Below are positions 51,007 to 59,873 of a DNA stretch of 64,000 bases, piece after piece. The notes beneath the pieces were generated by a model. The model saw only the letters and a program-made list of their open reading frames with translations. It was not told the origin of the DNA and did not search any database. The stretch covers positions 28,987 to 92,986 of IMG/VR virus record IMGVR_UViG_3300021961_000044; one strand, written 5' to 3'. The translations under genes were made by a program, and so were the position numbers. Source of the stretch: a virus. Positions within the stretch are counted from its first letter, which is position 1. Each line of letters starts with the position of its first letter.

Positions 51007-51431
51007 TGACTAAAACTGTTGAAAAAACAATCGACACTGTAAAGTATCTTGAGTTTGTAAAAGGAACTACAAGTATGCCTAGTTCTGACTTGGCTGCTCT
51101 GATGACTTCCATTACTAACCTTGAACTGGAAGACGGCGCAGATGTTCCTCGTCTCCTCACTGCTGCTCTTGGTTTGACTGCAGAAGCAGGAGAGTTTACC
51201 GAGGTTGTGAAAAAGATTATCCTTCAAGGTAAACCTTATAATGAAGAAAATGCATTTCACATGAAGCGTGAATTGGGCGATATCTGCTGGTATCTTGCTC
51301 AGGCATGTATGGCACTTGATACCACCTTTGATGAAGTGATTGAGATGAACGTGGACAAACTCAAAGCACGTTATCCTGGTGGTGAGTTTGATGTCCATTA
51401 CTCTGAAAATCGTCAAGAGGGAGATCTGTGA
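51006..51431 (+). CDS. mazG: MazG-like NTP pyrophosphohydrolase
   Basis: GL.AEAGEF.E.VKK, ELGDI.WY, N..KL..RYP. Confidence 0.92.
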   Translation: MTKTVEKTIDTVKYLEFVKGTTSMPSSDLAALMTSITNLELEDGADVPRLLTAALGLTAEAGEFTEVVKKIILQGKPYNEENAFHMKRELGDICWYLAQACMALDTTFDEVIEMNVDKLKARYPGGEFDVHYSENRQEGDL

Positions 51432-51679
51432 CAGAAGAAACTGGAAAAGAACATCCTGAAATCTCTGAAATCAATTGGATTGATGATTGCTTTCGTGTTT
51501 ACGAAACTAAGTATGGTTTGTGGCACAGTGCAGCAAAAGACGGCGAGGAATTGGTAACTGCTCTGACTGAGGATCAGTGTATTTCTGGAACTCGATTTTA
51601 TCTAAAAGGTAGACAAGAAGGATGGCCAGAAGAAATGAGTAGAGTAATGAATGATGGAATTGTTGGAGGTAAATTATGA
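51428..51679 (+). CDS. Hypothetical protein
   Basis: 83-aa ORF ending VGGKL. Confidence 0.65.
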   Translation: MTEETGKEHPEISEINWIDDCFRVYETKYGLWHSAAKDGEELVTALTEDQCISGTRFYLKGRQEGWPEEMSRVMNDGIVGGKL

Positions 51680-51849
51680 ACAAAGTAACTATTGAAATGC
51701 CCGTTCGTGCTGCAGCGGCAGTCCGTCAAGTTTTGTTTGATGCCCAGAAAGGATATGGAACTGAATATGTTCCTGAGCGTGTTTTTGAAATCCGCGAAGT
51801 CATTACAGACCTTGACAATGCTATCACTTCTGTGGTAGAATCCAATTGA
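51676..51849 (+). CDS. Small hypothetical protein (57 aa, not in ORF track)
   Basis: GGAGG RBS; MNKVTIEMPVRAAAAVRQVLFDAQKGY... Confidence 0.65.
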   Translation: MNKVTIEMPVRAAAAVRQVLFDAQKGYGTEYVPERVFEIREVITDLDNAITSVVESN

Positions 51850-51865
51850 CCCTTCGGGGTTTTCT

Positions 51866-51939
51866 GGGGAATTAGCTCAGTCTGGTAGAGCGCCTGCTTT
51901 GCAAGCAGGATGTCAGCGGTTCGAGTCCGCTATTCTCCA
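51866..51939 (+). tRNA. tRNA-Ala (TGC)
   Basis: Cloverleaf with GGGGAAT/ATTCTCC acceptor stem, G3:U70 pair, anticodon TGC, TTCGA T-loop; CCA not encoded. Confidence 0.95.
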
Positions 51940-51968
51940 TTCTAAATACTTGAAAAGAAAGTATTGAA

Positions 51969-52919
51969 ATGGCATCAAATACACCAGGAGCGGATTTAAA
52001 CGAGATACACCTTGGTTTTATATTGAATAATGGTGAATGGACGGGTGGCATGGAAGCAGCAAAACCCACTTATGATCTTAGAAAATCGAGTGTAAACAAA
52101 GATGAGCAAACTTGGAGAATTGGTCAAACATATTCAATGAAAGATGCCTTTTTACAAAAAGCATCAGAATTGGGATATGGTGGTGGAGTAAAAAATGTTC
52201 ACTGGACTGCTAGAGCAGATTTTTCTTTTACTGATATTAATCCTAGATTTGAAGCAATAAGCAAAAATAATCCATCAGATTTGCTTGTAGAATTTAATAG
52301 ATCTACTAATGTTGACAATTTTTTGGGATTGTCTGCTAAATCCGTTAGAAGTCCAACAGGAAGAGCACCCTTTAAAAATAAGGGAATGAATGAGATACAA
52401 AAAGAACTTTTGGGTGGAACTCAATTAACAACCTTTATATCCGAGCAAACAACTCATTTTCTTAATATGCATCCAAAGTATTCTTCTGTTGCATCAGCAA
52501 GAAAAACTCAAATAAAAGCAGAAAGTGAAACAATACAAAAAGATATTGCTGGTTATGCTAATGATTATATGTATGCCGGACTTCAAGATGTTTTGATTAA
52601 AGGACTGCAATCGGCAGGAGATATTGATGTAAAATACTACTGTCTTAATAATCTTTATGACGTAATAAGACTTCCTAGATTTGTTAAAGTTACTGGGAGG
52701 GGAACAACTCAAAATGCGTATAATGCAGTTGTTACTGATCCATTGAATAGTTCTGCATTTAGATCACTTGTTTCTAATGGCAGAGTGACATATGAAAAAT
52801 TAGGTCAAACTAGTGTTGGCATTAAGGTATCAAACAAAAGAATTTTAAAAATGAGATTTAAATTTGAATCTACACCAATGGCAACTCCAATGAAGTTCAG
52901 TGTTGAATATTGGGATTAG
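51969..52919 (+). CDS. Hypothetical protein, possible PD-(D/E)xK-type endonuclease
   Basis: ADLNE...NPSDLLVEF...GLSAKS pattern; own TAAATA at 51943. Confidence 0.5.
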   Translation: MASNTPGADLNEIHLGFILNNGEWTGGMEAAKPTYDLRKSSVNKDEQTWRIGQTYSMKDAFLQKASELGYGGGVKNVHWTARADFSFTDINPRFEAISKNNPSDLLVEFNRSTNVDNFLGLSAKSVRSPTGRAPFKNKGMNEIQKELLGGTQLTTFISEQTTHFLNMHPKYSSVASARKTQIKAESETIQKDIAGYANDYMYAGLQDVLIKGLQSAGDIDVKYYCLNNLYDVIRLPRFVKVTGRGTTQNAYNAVVTDPLNSSAFRSLVSNGRVTYEKLGQTSVGIKVSNKRILKMRFKFESTPMATPMKFSVEYWD

Positions 52920-52956
52920 GTAAACACTAAATATAATATAAGGACCAATTATATAC

Positions 52957-54183
52957 ATGAAAAGTTTTTTCCAGTTTCTAACTGAGGCAGAATCACAGGC
53001 GTCTGCACAGGCAAGAAAATTAAATCTTAAGAGTGATGGACACGGTGGATGGTTAGACACTCGTGGAAACTTTGTGGCGACCACTGAAAAGGGAAAGTTG
53101 GTTTTTGTAGATAAAAAGAAACCAAAGGTGAAAGATGAACCAACAAGAAAACCAAGAACAGCACAAGCAGAACCTAAAACAGAACCTAAGAAACCTGCAC
53201 CTGAGACTGCAGAAAAGGCGAGATCAAAAGAAGTTGAAGGAGATCAGGATTCTAGACAAACTTCAGAAACTTTGACCGTTGCATTTGGTCGTTTCAATCC
53301 TCCTACTGTAGGTCATGAAAAACTTCTTTCTGCTGCGAAGAAAGCATCTGCAGGTGGAGACTTGAAGATTTATCCATCAAGAACTCAAGATCCAAAGAAA
53401 AATCCATTGGATCCCGATATGAAAATTTCATACATGAAGAAGATGTTCCCCGACTATGCGGAGAATATTATTAATGATGATGAAATGAGATCTATATTTA
53501 ATGTATTAGTTGCTGCATCTGAAAAAGGATATGCTGCAGTAAACATTGTTGTGGGATCTGATCGTCAATCCGAATTTGAAAATCTTGCAACTAAGTACAA
53601 TGGTGAACTTTATAACTTTGAATTGATTCGTGTAATTTCTGCTGGCGTTAGAGATGCTGATGCTGAAGGTGTAGAAGGAATGTCCGCATCCAAGATGCGT
53701 AAAGCAGTAATGGATGATGACTTTGAATCATTCCGTAAAGGAACTCCTAAGTCTCTTGATGATGGCGATACTCAAGCACTTTTCGATGCAGTTCGCACTG
53801 GAATGAAACTGAAGGCAAAGAAGAAAGAAGTTTCTGAAATGTGGGAAATCGCTCCTAAGTTTGATCCAAAAGGACTAAGAGATAATTACGTTTCTGGTGA
53901 TATCTTTAAACTCGGAGATATTGTTGAAAATTTAAATACTGGATTAGTTGGTAAAATTATTCGTAGAGGAACAAATCATTTGATTTGTGTGACAAAAGAA
54001 GAATACATGTTTAAATCATGGATTCGTGATGTAATGGAAGCAGTTGTAAATTATCCTGGACCATCAGGAGTTCCTGCTGACCAGAGAGAGATTGGCACAG
54101 ACTCTCATAGAAAATATGCAATGAGAATGACGGGAACATTCGATATTCGTAATTTCATAAATAAGTATAAGGCTAAAAAGTAA
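52957..54183 (+). CDS. HxGH-family nucleotidyltransferase (cytidyltransferase-like) with capsid-targeting-like N-terminus
   Basis: FGRFNPPTVGH, VVGSDR, SASKMR; MKSFFQFLTE N-term. Confidence 0.8.
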   Translation: MKSFFQFLTEAESQASAQARKLNLKSDGHGGWLDTRGNFVATTEKGKLVFVDKKKPKVKDEPTRKPRTAQAEPKTEPKKPAPETAEKARSKEVEGDQDSRQTSETLTVAFGRFNPPTVGHEKLLSAAKKASAGGDLKIYPSRTQDPKKNPLDPDMKISYMKKMFPDYAENIINDDEMRSIFNVLVAASEKGYAAVNIVVGSDRQSEFENLATKYNGELYNFELIRVISAGVRDADAEGVEGMSASKMRKAVMDDDFESFRKGTPKSLDDGDTQALFDAVRTGMKLKAKKKEVSEMWEIAPKFDPKGLRDNYVSGDIFKLGDIVENLNTGLVGKIIRRGTNHLICVTKEEYMFKSWIRDVMEAVVNYPGPSGVPADQREIGTDSHRKYAMRMTGTFDIRNFINKYKAKK

Positions 54184-54197
54184 ACAGACTTATACTC

Positions 54198-56897
54198 ATG
54201 AATCATCTTAACGATATCTCTAAGGTTTACTTGCAGAACATTGCTTCGCAAGAAACTCAGGAAGAGGGGTACAAACCCATTGATAAAAAGAAGGAAAGTG
54301 CAATGTATCGTCGTGCTGGAAATTTAGCACGTACTTCTTTGTCTTCTAGAGGCAAGAAGAAAGAGGAAGCACAAGATAAGTCTTCTAAAATTGTTTCTGC
54401 GATCACTCGTCAGAAAGAAAAAGAGCGTTTCGATAAGATGGCAGATATTAAAGCTAGAGATAACTATAATGAAGAAGTTGAGCAGGTTGATGAGAACGTA
54501 GCAACTGGTAAGGCAAGAAGAGCAAAGTTCGGTGGAATTGCTCAAAGAGTTGGTTCTGGTGAAGCGGTAAGTAATCAAGAAAAATCTGATAGATTTGCCA
54601 AGTCTGTTGCGGCAAAGAAAGCAGCATTGAAAGCAGCTGGAGACGCAGCACACAAAGCAGCATCCGATAAAGGTATGAGTCCTGCGGAGGCAGAAATGCG
54701 TAGAAAGGCAGCAGAGAGAAAAGCTGCCCGTGCGAAGAAGAGACAAATGGGAGAAGCGCTTGATCCTGTCGGTCAGGAAGATGCAGATGTGGATAATGAT
54801 GGTAAGAAGAACACTAAGACTGATAAGTATCTTCTGAAGCGTCGTAAGGCAATCGGCAAAGCAATTGCTACAAGAAAGGAAGAAACAGAAATAACAGAAA
54901 TTCATACTCAAGCACATACTCCTCACGAAGTTCCTACTAAAGATCTTAAGGGTCTTGTAAAGAAAGCAGTCAAGAGAATTGATGCTGACAATGATGGTGA
55001 TGTAGATACTAGCGACCCAAAAGAAACTGAAATGGGTGAGTTTATTCCTTCACCTGACGGAAAGAAAAAAATTAAACCAATTGTTCAGAAAGAAGGTTTC
55101 TCTAATTGGAGACATGAACTCTCTGAAGTTATTTCTGATGATTCTGATGAACAAAAAAAAATTAAAGAAAAAAAAGTAAATAATAAAATTGTAATCAATC
55201 CACAATTAAAAGAATCTGTAGAACAACTTGGTGGAGAATTAATTTCCATTGAGGAAGTGGAACTTGACGAAGAAGCACTTGTAGAATTTGCTGTCGATTC
55301 TTTATATGAGGAATTTCTTGAGGAAGGATATGATGAAGATACTATTGAAGAAGTAATTGAATCGGCAATTCAGGAAGCAACTGTTACATACGGTCACGAT
55401 ACTCGCAAACCAAAAACAGCTGCTCAACGCGCTGATGATAGAGTTAGTGCAGTTGCTAGATTTGCAAGAGCAAAAATTAAAAAGTATGCTAAAAAAGCAG
55501 TCGTAGGTGGAGCAAGAGCAGTTGCTAAGGGCGCAACTAAACTTGCTAATAAAGTTGAGCGTGATAACCCAAATACTTTTAGCGGTAAAAAAAAACCTAG
55601 AAGTGCATCCCCCTATCGTGGACAGGGTGTAGGAAGAAAAGAAAAAGTTGGTGCTACTTCAACAGCAGCACCAGCAGCAACAAAAACTCCAAAAAGCAGC
55701 AGGTCTACAGCACAAAAATCTCAAAGTGCAAAAACAAAAGCAAAGAAAAATAAATTAGACGATTTGCTTTCTTCCATTAGAAATGAAGCAGTAGATACAT
55801 TGGTAGATGAAGGAATTGGAATGACCATGGCTAATGCTATTGGCAATCCTCCTGCATTGAGCAAGAGAATGAAACTGAAGCAAGCACTTTTGAATAGAGA
55901 AATTAATAAGGAAACTGCAAAGAATAAAAAAAGAAAGTTCAGTGGCAAAGCTGCGGTTTCTGAAGAGGAGACTCCTGCGGAAAGACTTGATCGTATCTCT
56001 AGAGAAAAGGTAGCTGCTCAAAAAGCAGTTGCCGATGCTAAAAAGAAAGAGAGAGAAGATTCCGCTGCTGCATTCCAAGCACATAAAAAAGAAGTTCTTG
56101 CTAAGGGTGGTCGTCCAGTAGACGCACTTGATTCATGGCAAAAGAAAAAAATGAGTGAAGAGACTGTTGATGAAGCAGTCAAGGGTCAAGATACCGAAAG
56201 CAGAAGAGAAGCAGCAGTAGAAAGAAGATCTGGTGAGAAGCGTCTTCCTCCTTCAAAAGGAAAGGGATATGCTGATCAGCAGCAACAACAAATTTCTTAC
56301 ATGGATAAAGTGACTAAGAAAAATAAGAATGTTGTTGGACTGGTTACTAAAGAAGAGGCTGAGCAGGTTGATGAAAAACTCAACATGAAGAAAGAAAAGA
56401 TGGGTGATGTCATCAAAGACTTCTATAAGTCCGATGCTCCCCAGTTTAAGGGTAAGTCAAAAGAAAAGCGTCGTCAGATGGCTATCGCTGCTAAGTTAAC
56501 TGCTGAACGTGGTGGTAAGAGACTTGGTGAAGGTGCAACAGAAACAGCGATGTCTCCTCAAGAACTTCAACTTCAGAAGAGAAAAACACAGATCGATATG
56601 ATGATTTCTAGAAAGAGAAGACAAGCTCTTGATAAAGAAGGTCAGTCTGCTGGAGGTGTTAATGAGTCTTCTGAAGATCGTTTAAGAGACATGCGTCAAG
56701 AGCGTGGTGGTGTTGACGGAAACACTAGATATGATCGTCCTCCCGCTAAGAAACTCTCTAATGCTGAGTTTGGCATCAAACCAGGTAAAACCGCAGTTCA
56801 AAAGGAACTTGAGAAAAAGTATGGCAAAGGCAAGTCTGCACTTGATATTGTAAAAGCAGAGATTCGTGCCAAGCATGGCAAGGGATCTTTAAAATGA
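54198..56897 (+). CDS. Large charged modular protein, putative internal head protein
   Basis: Alternating Lys/Arg-rich and Glu-rich segments; D.D.DGD motifs; ATAAATA at 54157. Confidence 0.6.
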   Translation: MNHLNDISKVYLQNIASQETQEEGYKPIDKKKESAMYRRAGNLARTSLSSRGKKKEEAQDKSSKIVSAITRQKEKERFDKMADIKARDNYNEEVEQVDENVATGKARRAKFGGIAQRVGSGEAVSNQEKSDRFAKSVAAKKAALKAAGDAAHKAASDKGMSPAEAEMRRKAAERKAARAKKRQMGEALDPVGQEDADVDNDGKKNTKTDKYLLKRRKAIGKAIATRKEETEITEIHTQAHTPHEVPTKDLKGLVKKAVKRIDADNDGDVDTSDPKETEMGEFIPSPDGKKKIKPIVQKEGFSNWRHELSEVISDDSDEQKKIKEKKVNNKIVINPQLKESVEQLGGELISIEEVELDEEALVEFAVDSLYEEFLEEGYDEDTIEEVIESAIQEATVTYGHDTRKPKTAAQRADDRVSAVARFARAKIKKYAKKAVVGGARAVAKGATKLANKVERDNPNTFSGKKKPRSASPYRGQGVGRKEKVGATSTAAPAATKTPKSSRSTAQKSQSAKTKAKKNKLDDLLSSIRNEAVDTLVDEGIGMTMANAIGNPPALSKRMKLKQALLNREINKETAKNKKRKFSGKAAVSEEETPAERLDRISREKVAAQKAVADAKKKEREDSAAAFQAHKKEVLAKGGRPVDALDSWQKKKMSEETVDEAVKGQDTESRREAAVERRSGEKRLPPSKGKGYADQQQQQISYMDKVTKKNKNVVGLVTKEEAEQVDEKLNMKKEKMGDVIKDFYKSDAPQFKGKSKEKRRQMAIAAKLTAERGGKRLGEGATETAMSPQELQLQKRKTQIDMMISRKRRQALDKEGQSAGGVNESSEDRLRDMRQERGGVDGNTRYDRPPAKKLSNAEFGIKPGKTAVQKELEKKYGKGKSALDIVKAEIRAKHGKGSLK

Positions 56898-56928
56898 TAT
56901 ATAGTTAGTAGTAGGTTAGAGGTTTATC

Positions 56929-57132
56929 ATGCTCTCATTTCTTCTCCCACTAGCATCCAAAATTGTTATGGATGCCGTTGCTAAGATTCCTGAAAATGAG
57001 GAACTTGGCGAAAAACTCATCGATATTTGTATTGTTATTCTTAACAAAGCAGTTAAGTTGACAAAAACAGAAATGGATGACCAACTTCTTGAGGTTGTTT
57101 CAAAGGCTATTAGAGCAAGAGAAGCAGCTTGA
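56929..57132 (+). CDS. Conserved hypothetical protein
   Basis: LLPLASKI...KLTKT.MDDQL. Confidence 0.65.
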   Translation: MLSFLLPLASKIVMDAVAKIPENEELGEKLIDICIVILNKAVKLTKTEMDDQLLEVVSKAIRAREAA

Positions 57133-57148
57133 TCTGTTATTAAAGTTC

Positions 57149-57182
57149 ATAGGAGGCTCGAATTTTAGGGTCTCCTATTTTT
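57149..57182 (+). terminator. Probable Rho-independent terminator
   Basis: ATAGGAGGCTC/GGGTCTCCTAT stem with G-U pairs, T run. Confidence 0.6.
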
Positions 57183-57221
57183 ATAAATATTAATTAGGAA
57201 ATTATTTTACAGGAAAAGAAC

Positions 57222-57758
57222 ATGGCACTCTGGGGAAATAATGATGCCGTAGGTAGTAATGGTACGGTTACTTTAGATTATTCTACTGGCGTTGTAACTG
57301 GATCTGGTACAACTTTTGGACAAGTTGGCGCTGCAAAAACAGGCGACGTTATTAAATTTGGTATTAAGGGAACTGCTGCTTCTGCAGTTTATTTTGGTGA
57401 TGCTGTTATTGTTGCTATTGCAGGAACACAGTCACTTACTATTGGATCTACTGCTGGTTTAAGTGGTGCTGCTATTGCTGCAACAACTTTCCAAGTAAGT
57501 GAGTCTCCCATTTTTGCTACTCTTGACGCACACTATAGTCAGCGTAAAGAGGGTTCTGAGTTTGTGTATGGCGTTGCAGGAGCAGGAGTTACTGCTTCAC
57601 AAAATACTTCACATCAACTGACCCATGCTGGATGGGTTGGAGTTACCACATACAACGATAGTGACGGAAATCTCAGAGTTAAGTCTGAAGTTCTTGTTGC
57701 TATGTCTGGAATCACAACTGGTAATACTCCTACATTCCCACCTGCATCTGAGGTTTGA
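57222..57758 (+). CDS. Virion structural protein
   Basis: MALWG N-term, HAGWVG, RVKSEVLVAM; TATAAATA at 57182. Confidence 0.7.
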   Translation: MALWGNNDAVGSNGTVTLDYSTGVVTGSGTTFGQVGAAKTGDVIKFGIKGTAASAVYFGDAVIVAIAGTQSLTIGSTAGLSGAAIAATTFQVSESPIFATLDAHYSQRKEGSEFVYGVAGAGVTASQNTSHQLTHAGWVGVTTYNDSDGNLRVKSEVLVAMSGITTGNTPTFPPASEV

Positions 57759-57771
57759 TTTTTAGTGTAAT

Positions 57772-58167
57772 ATGCAATTTAATGAACTGAATGAAGAAAA
57801 CTTTCTTTTATTCGCTATCAAACACTATGAAAATCCTCAAGCTGTAACCAAAGAAGATTTTGATAGAGACTTAAACCATTTTAAGTATATAAAAAGATTA
57901 TTGAAAAGGTATACAAATACCGGGCAGTTAAAAACCCATCTTCTCCTTAATCATTTTATTATTCTTTATAACATTTTTGGAGAAGCAGCAACACCAATGC
58001 TATTTTTCAAAATTGATAGATCTCTTTGGGCAAGTGTTAAAAGTTTCATAGTCTTTTTGGGGAAATTTCCTCAGTATCCAAGAACAGTTCTTCATGATGT
58101 TCAGGTTGATATGTATTGTATGAAAGAACTATTGCAAATTTATAACAATGACCAGGAAGACGAATAA
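57772..58167 (+). CDS. Conserved hypothetical protein
   Basis: FAIKHYENP, FKYIKRLL, LLLNH.I.LYN.FG. Confidence 0.75.
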   Translation: MQFNELNEENFLLFAIKHYENPQAVTKEDFDRDLNHFKYIKRLLKRYTNTGQLKTHLLLNHFIILYNIFGEAATPMLFFKIDRSLWASVKSFIVFLGKFPQYPRTVLHDVQVDMYCMKELLQIYNNDQEDE

Positions 58168-58351
58168 AATTATTGATAGAATTATATCATTTATTAGAGA
58201 AGAGTCTCCCACTAATAATGTTGGTGGGGGACAAATTGCTGGAACAAAAGAAGCTGGTGATGATCCTCCTGTAAGAAAGAAAAAGAAGTATATAAAATTG
58301 CCCGTAGGGTCTAGAAAATTTTGGTTGGATGATTTAAGAAAACAGAGATAG
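58148..58351 (+). CDS. Small hypothetical protein
   Basis: EE.PTNNVGGG.IAG...PPV. Confidence 0.6.
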   Translation: MTRKTNKIIDRIISFIREESPTNNVGGGQIAGTKEAGDDPPVRKKKKYIKLPVGSRKFWLDDLRKQR

Positions 58352-58355
58352 GACA

Positions 58356-58745
58356 ATGTTCTCATCAAAAATAGATGTTCTCGAATCTAAACTTAACATA
58401 TATGAGGATCTCTCAAAAGAGATGCTTGAAAAGTTAGAAACAGCCGTCCAAAAAATATCAGAAGGAAATTCTCGCATTGCTCAAATTCTTGCGAAACATG
58501 ATGAAAGAATTGAGCAGAGTATGAAAACGGATGCTCTGATTATTAAAATGATAGATGAACTTAAAGAAGAAAGTGAAAGAGACCATAATATTATTCATGA
58601 GAGAATAAATGTCATTCAAAGGAAAGTTGATGAACTTTCTAGATTTAGATGGATGGCTGCAGGAATAGTTGCTGCTGTTATATGTGTAGCGCCAATAGCA
58701 GTTACTACATTTTTCCCTACTAACATTCAAAATTCATCTAAATAG
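58356..58745 (+). CDS. Coiled-coil protein with C-terminal TM helix
   Basis: Heptads then FRWMAAGIVAAVICVAPIAV. Confidence 0.65.
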   Translation: MFSSKIDVLESKLNIYEDLSKEMLEKLETAVQKISEGNSRIAQILAKHDERIEQSMKTDALIIKMIDELKEESERDHNIIHERINVIQRKVDELSRFRWMAAGIVAAVICVAPIAVTTFFPTNIQNSSK

Positions 58746-58852
58746 CAATAGAGTTGGCACTGGTGTGCCTATGCAGACAAAAGTCTTCTATCAGTTCTGG
58801 GCACTTAATAATGATGTTATTAAGTGGACATCGATAATAACGTCAATTTGCA

Positions 58853-58880
58853 TTGACAAGATTTAGTCGTCTGTTATAAT
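58853..58880 (+). promoter_or_regulatory. sigma70-type promoter for primase-nrd operon
   Basis: TTGACA-N16-TATAAT with extended -10 TG. Confidence 0.75.
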
Positions 58881-58904
58881 AGTACCAAGTCTTTACCTTA
58901 TGCT

Positions 58905-59873
58905 ATGGATTTTGTTGATGTGAAGTACATCAATTTGATATCTGTTCGACTTCAGAAGTTCAAAAATGTAAAAAATAATCTCTACAACTTTCGTTGTCCA
59001 ATATGTGGAGATTCTCAAAAAAATAAAAACAAAGCTAGAGGATATTTTTATCAAGTAAAGAACAACACAAATTATAAGTGTCATAATTGTGGGTTAAATA
59101 TATCTTTTAGTAATTTTTTAAAACAATTAGATTCTCTATTGTTTAAACAATACTGTCTTGAAAAATTCAAGCAAGGCAATACTGGCAAAAACTTTGTTGC
59201 CGAGGAACCTACTTTTGAATTTAAGAAACCTATTTTTAGAAGCAAAGTAAATCTGCCTCTTTGTTCCGAGATTCCAATTGCTTCCAAATATCTACAAAAC
59301 CGTCGTATTGATCCAACTAAATTTTACTTTGCTGAAGACTTTAGTAAGTTTGTAGAAACTTTTAGTGAAGTAGATCACCAAAATTTATATAAGGAACCTA
59401 GAATTATTATTCCCATCTACTATGAAAAAAGTTTAGTGGGATTTCAAGGAAGATCTTTAGGTCCTAGCAAGGTTAAATACATTACTGTGATGCTTAATGA
59501 TGACTCACCAAAAATCTACGGACTGGATAACATCAGAACAGATGCTCCAGTCTATATTACAGAAGGACCATTTGACAGCACGTTCATTTGCAACTCGATT
59601 GCTATGTGCGGAGCTGATGCTGATATTAGTCGCTGGGGGATTAGCAATCCTGTGTGGATCTATGATAACGAACCGCGCAATAGAGAAATCACAAATCGAA
59701 TATCAAAAACAATCGATAAAGGAGATAAAGTTGTTATCTGGCCATCTAACATAGTTGAGAAGGATATTAACGATATGATTCTATCTGGACATGACGTTCA
59801 GACTATAGTAGAATCTAATATATACTCTGGTTTAAAAGCAAAACTTCAATTTAACACTTGGAAAAAAATATGA
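58905..59873 (+). CDS. gp61: DNA primase gp61
   Basis: CPICGDS...CHNC zinc finger, EGPFDS, DNEPRN, KDIND. Confidence 0.96.
   Translation: MDFVDVKYINLISVRLQKFKNVKNNLYNFRCPICGDSQKNKNKARGYFYQVKNNTNYKCHNCGLNISFSNFLKQLDSLLFKQYCLEKFKQGNTGKNFVAEEPTFEFKKPIFRSKVNLPLCSEIPIASKYLQNRRIDPTKFYFAEDFSKFVETFSEVDHQNLYKEPRIIIPIYYEKSLVGFQGRSLGPSKVKYITVMLNDDSPKIYGLDNIRTDAPVYITEGPFDSTFICNSIAMCGADADISRWGISNPVWIYDNEPRNREITNRISKTIDKGDKVVIWPSNIVEKDINDMILSGHDVQTIVESNIYSGLKAKLQFNTWKKI

Larger units (their letters stand above)
1796..58744 (+). promoter_or_regulatory. Dispersed gp55-type late promoters (T/A)TAAATA
   Basis: TAAATA shortly upstream of genes at about 1796, 3262, 3956, 6106, 6371, 10277, 15961, 18903, 20621, 20829, 22082, 24768, 25998, 39732, 43576, 51943, 52928, 54157, 57182, 58739. 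Confidence 0.8.

Noticed and set aside
51866-51939. tRNA as prophage attachment site
   Set aside because: No integrase, no duplicated tRNA 3' end and no host genes in the window
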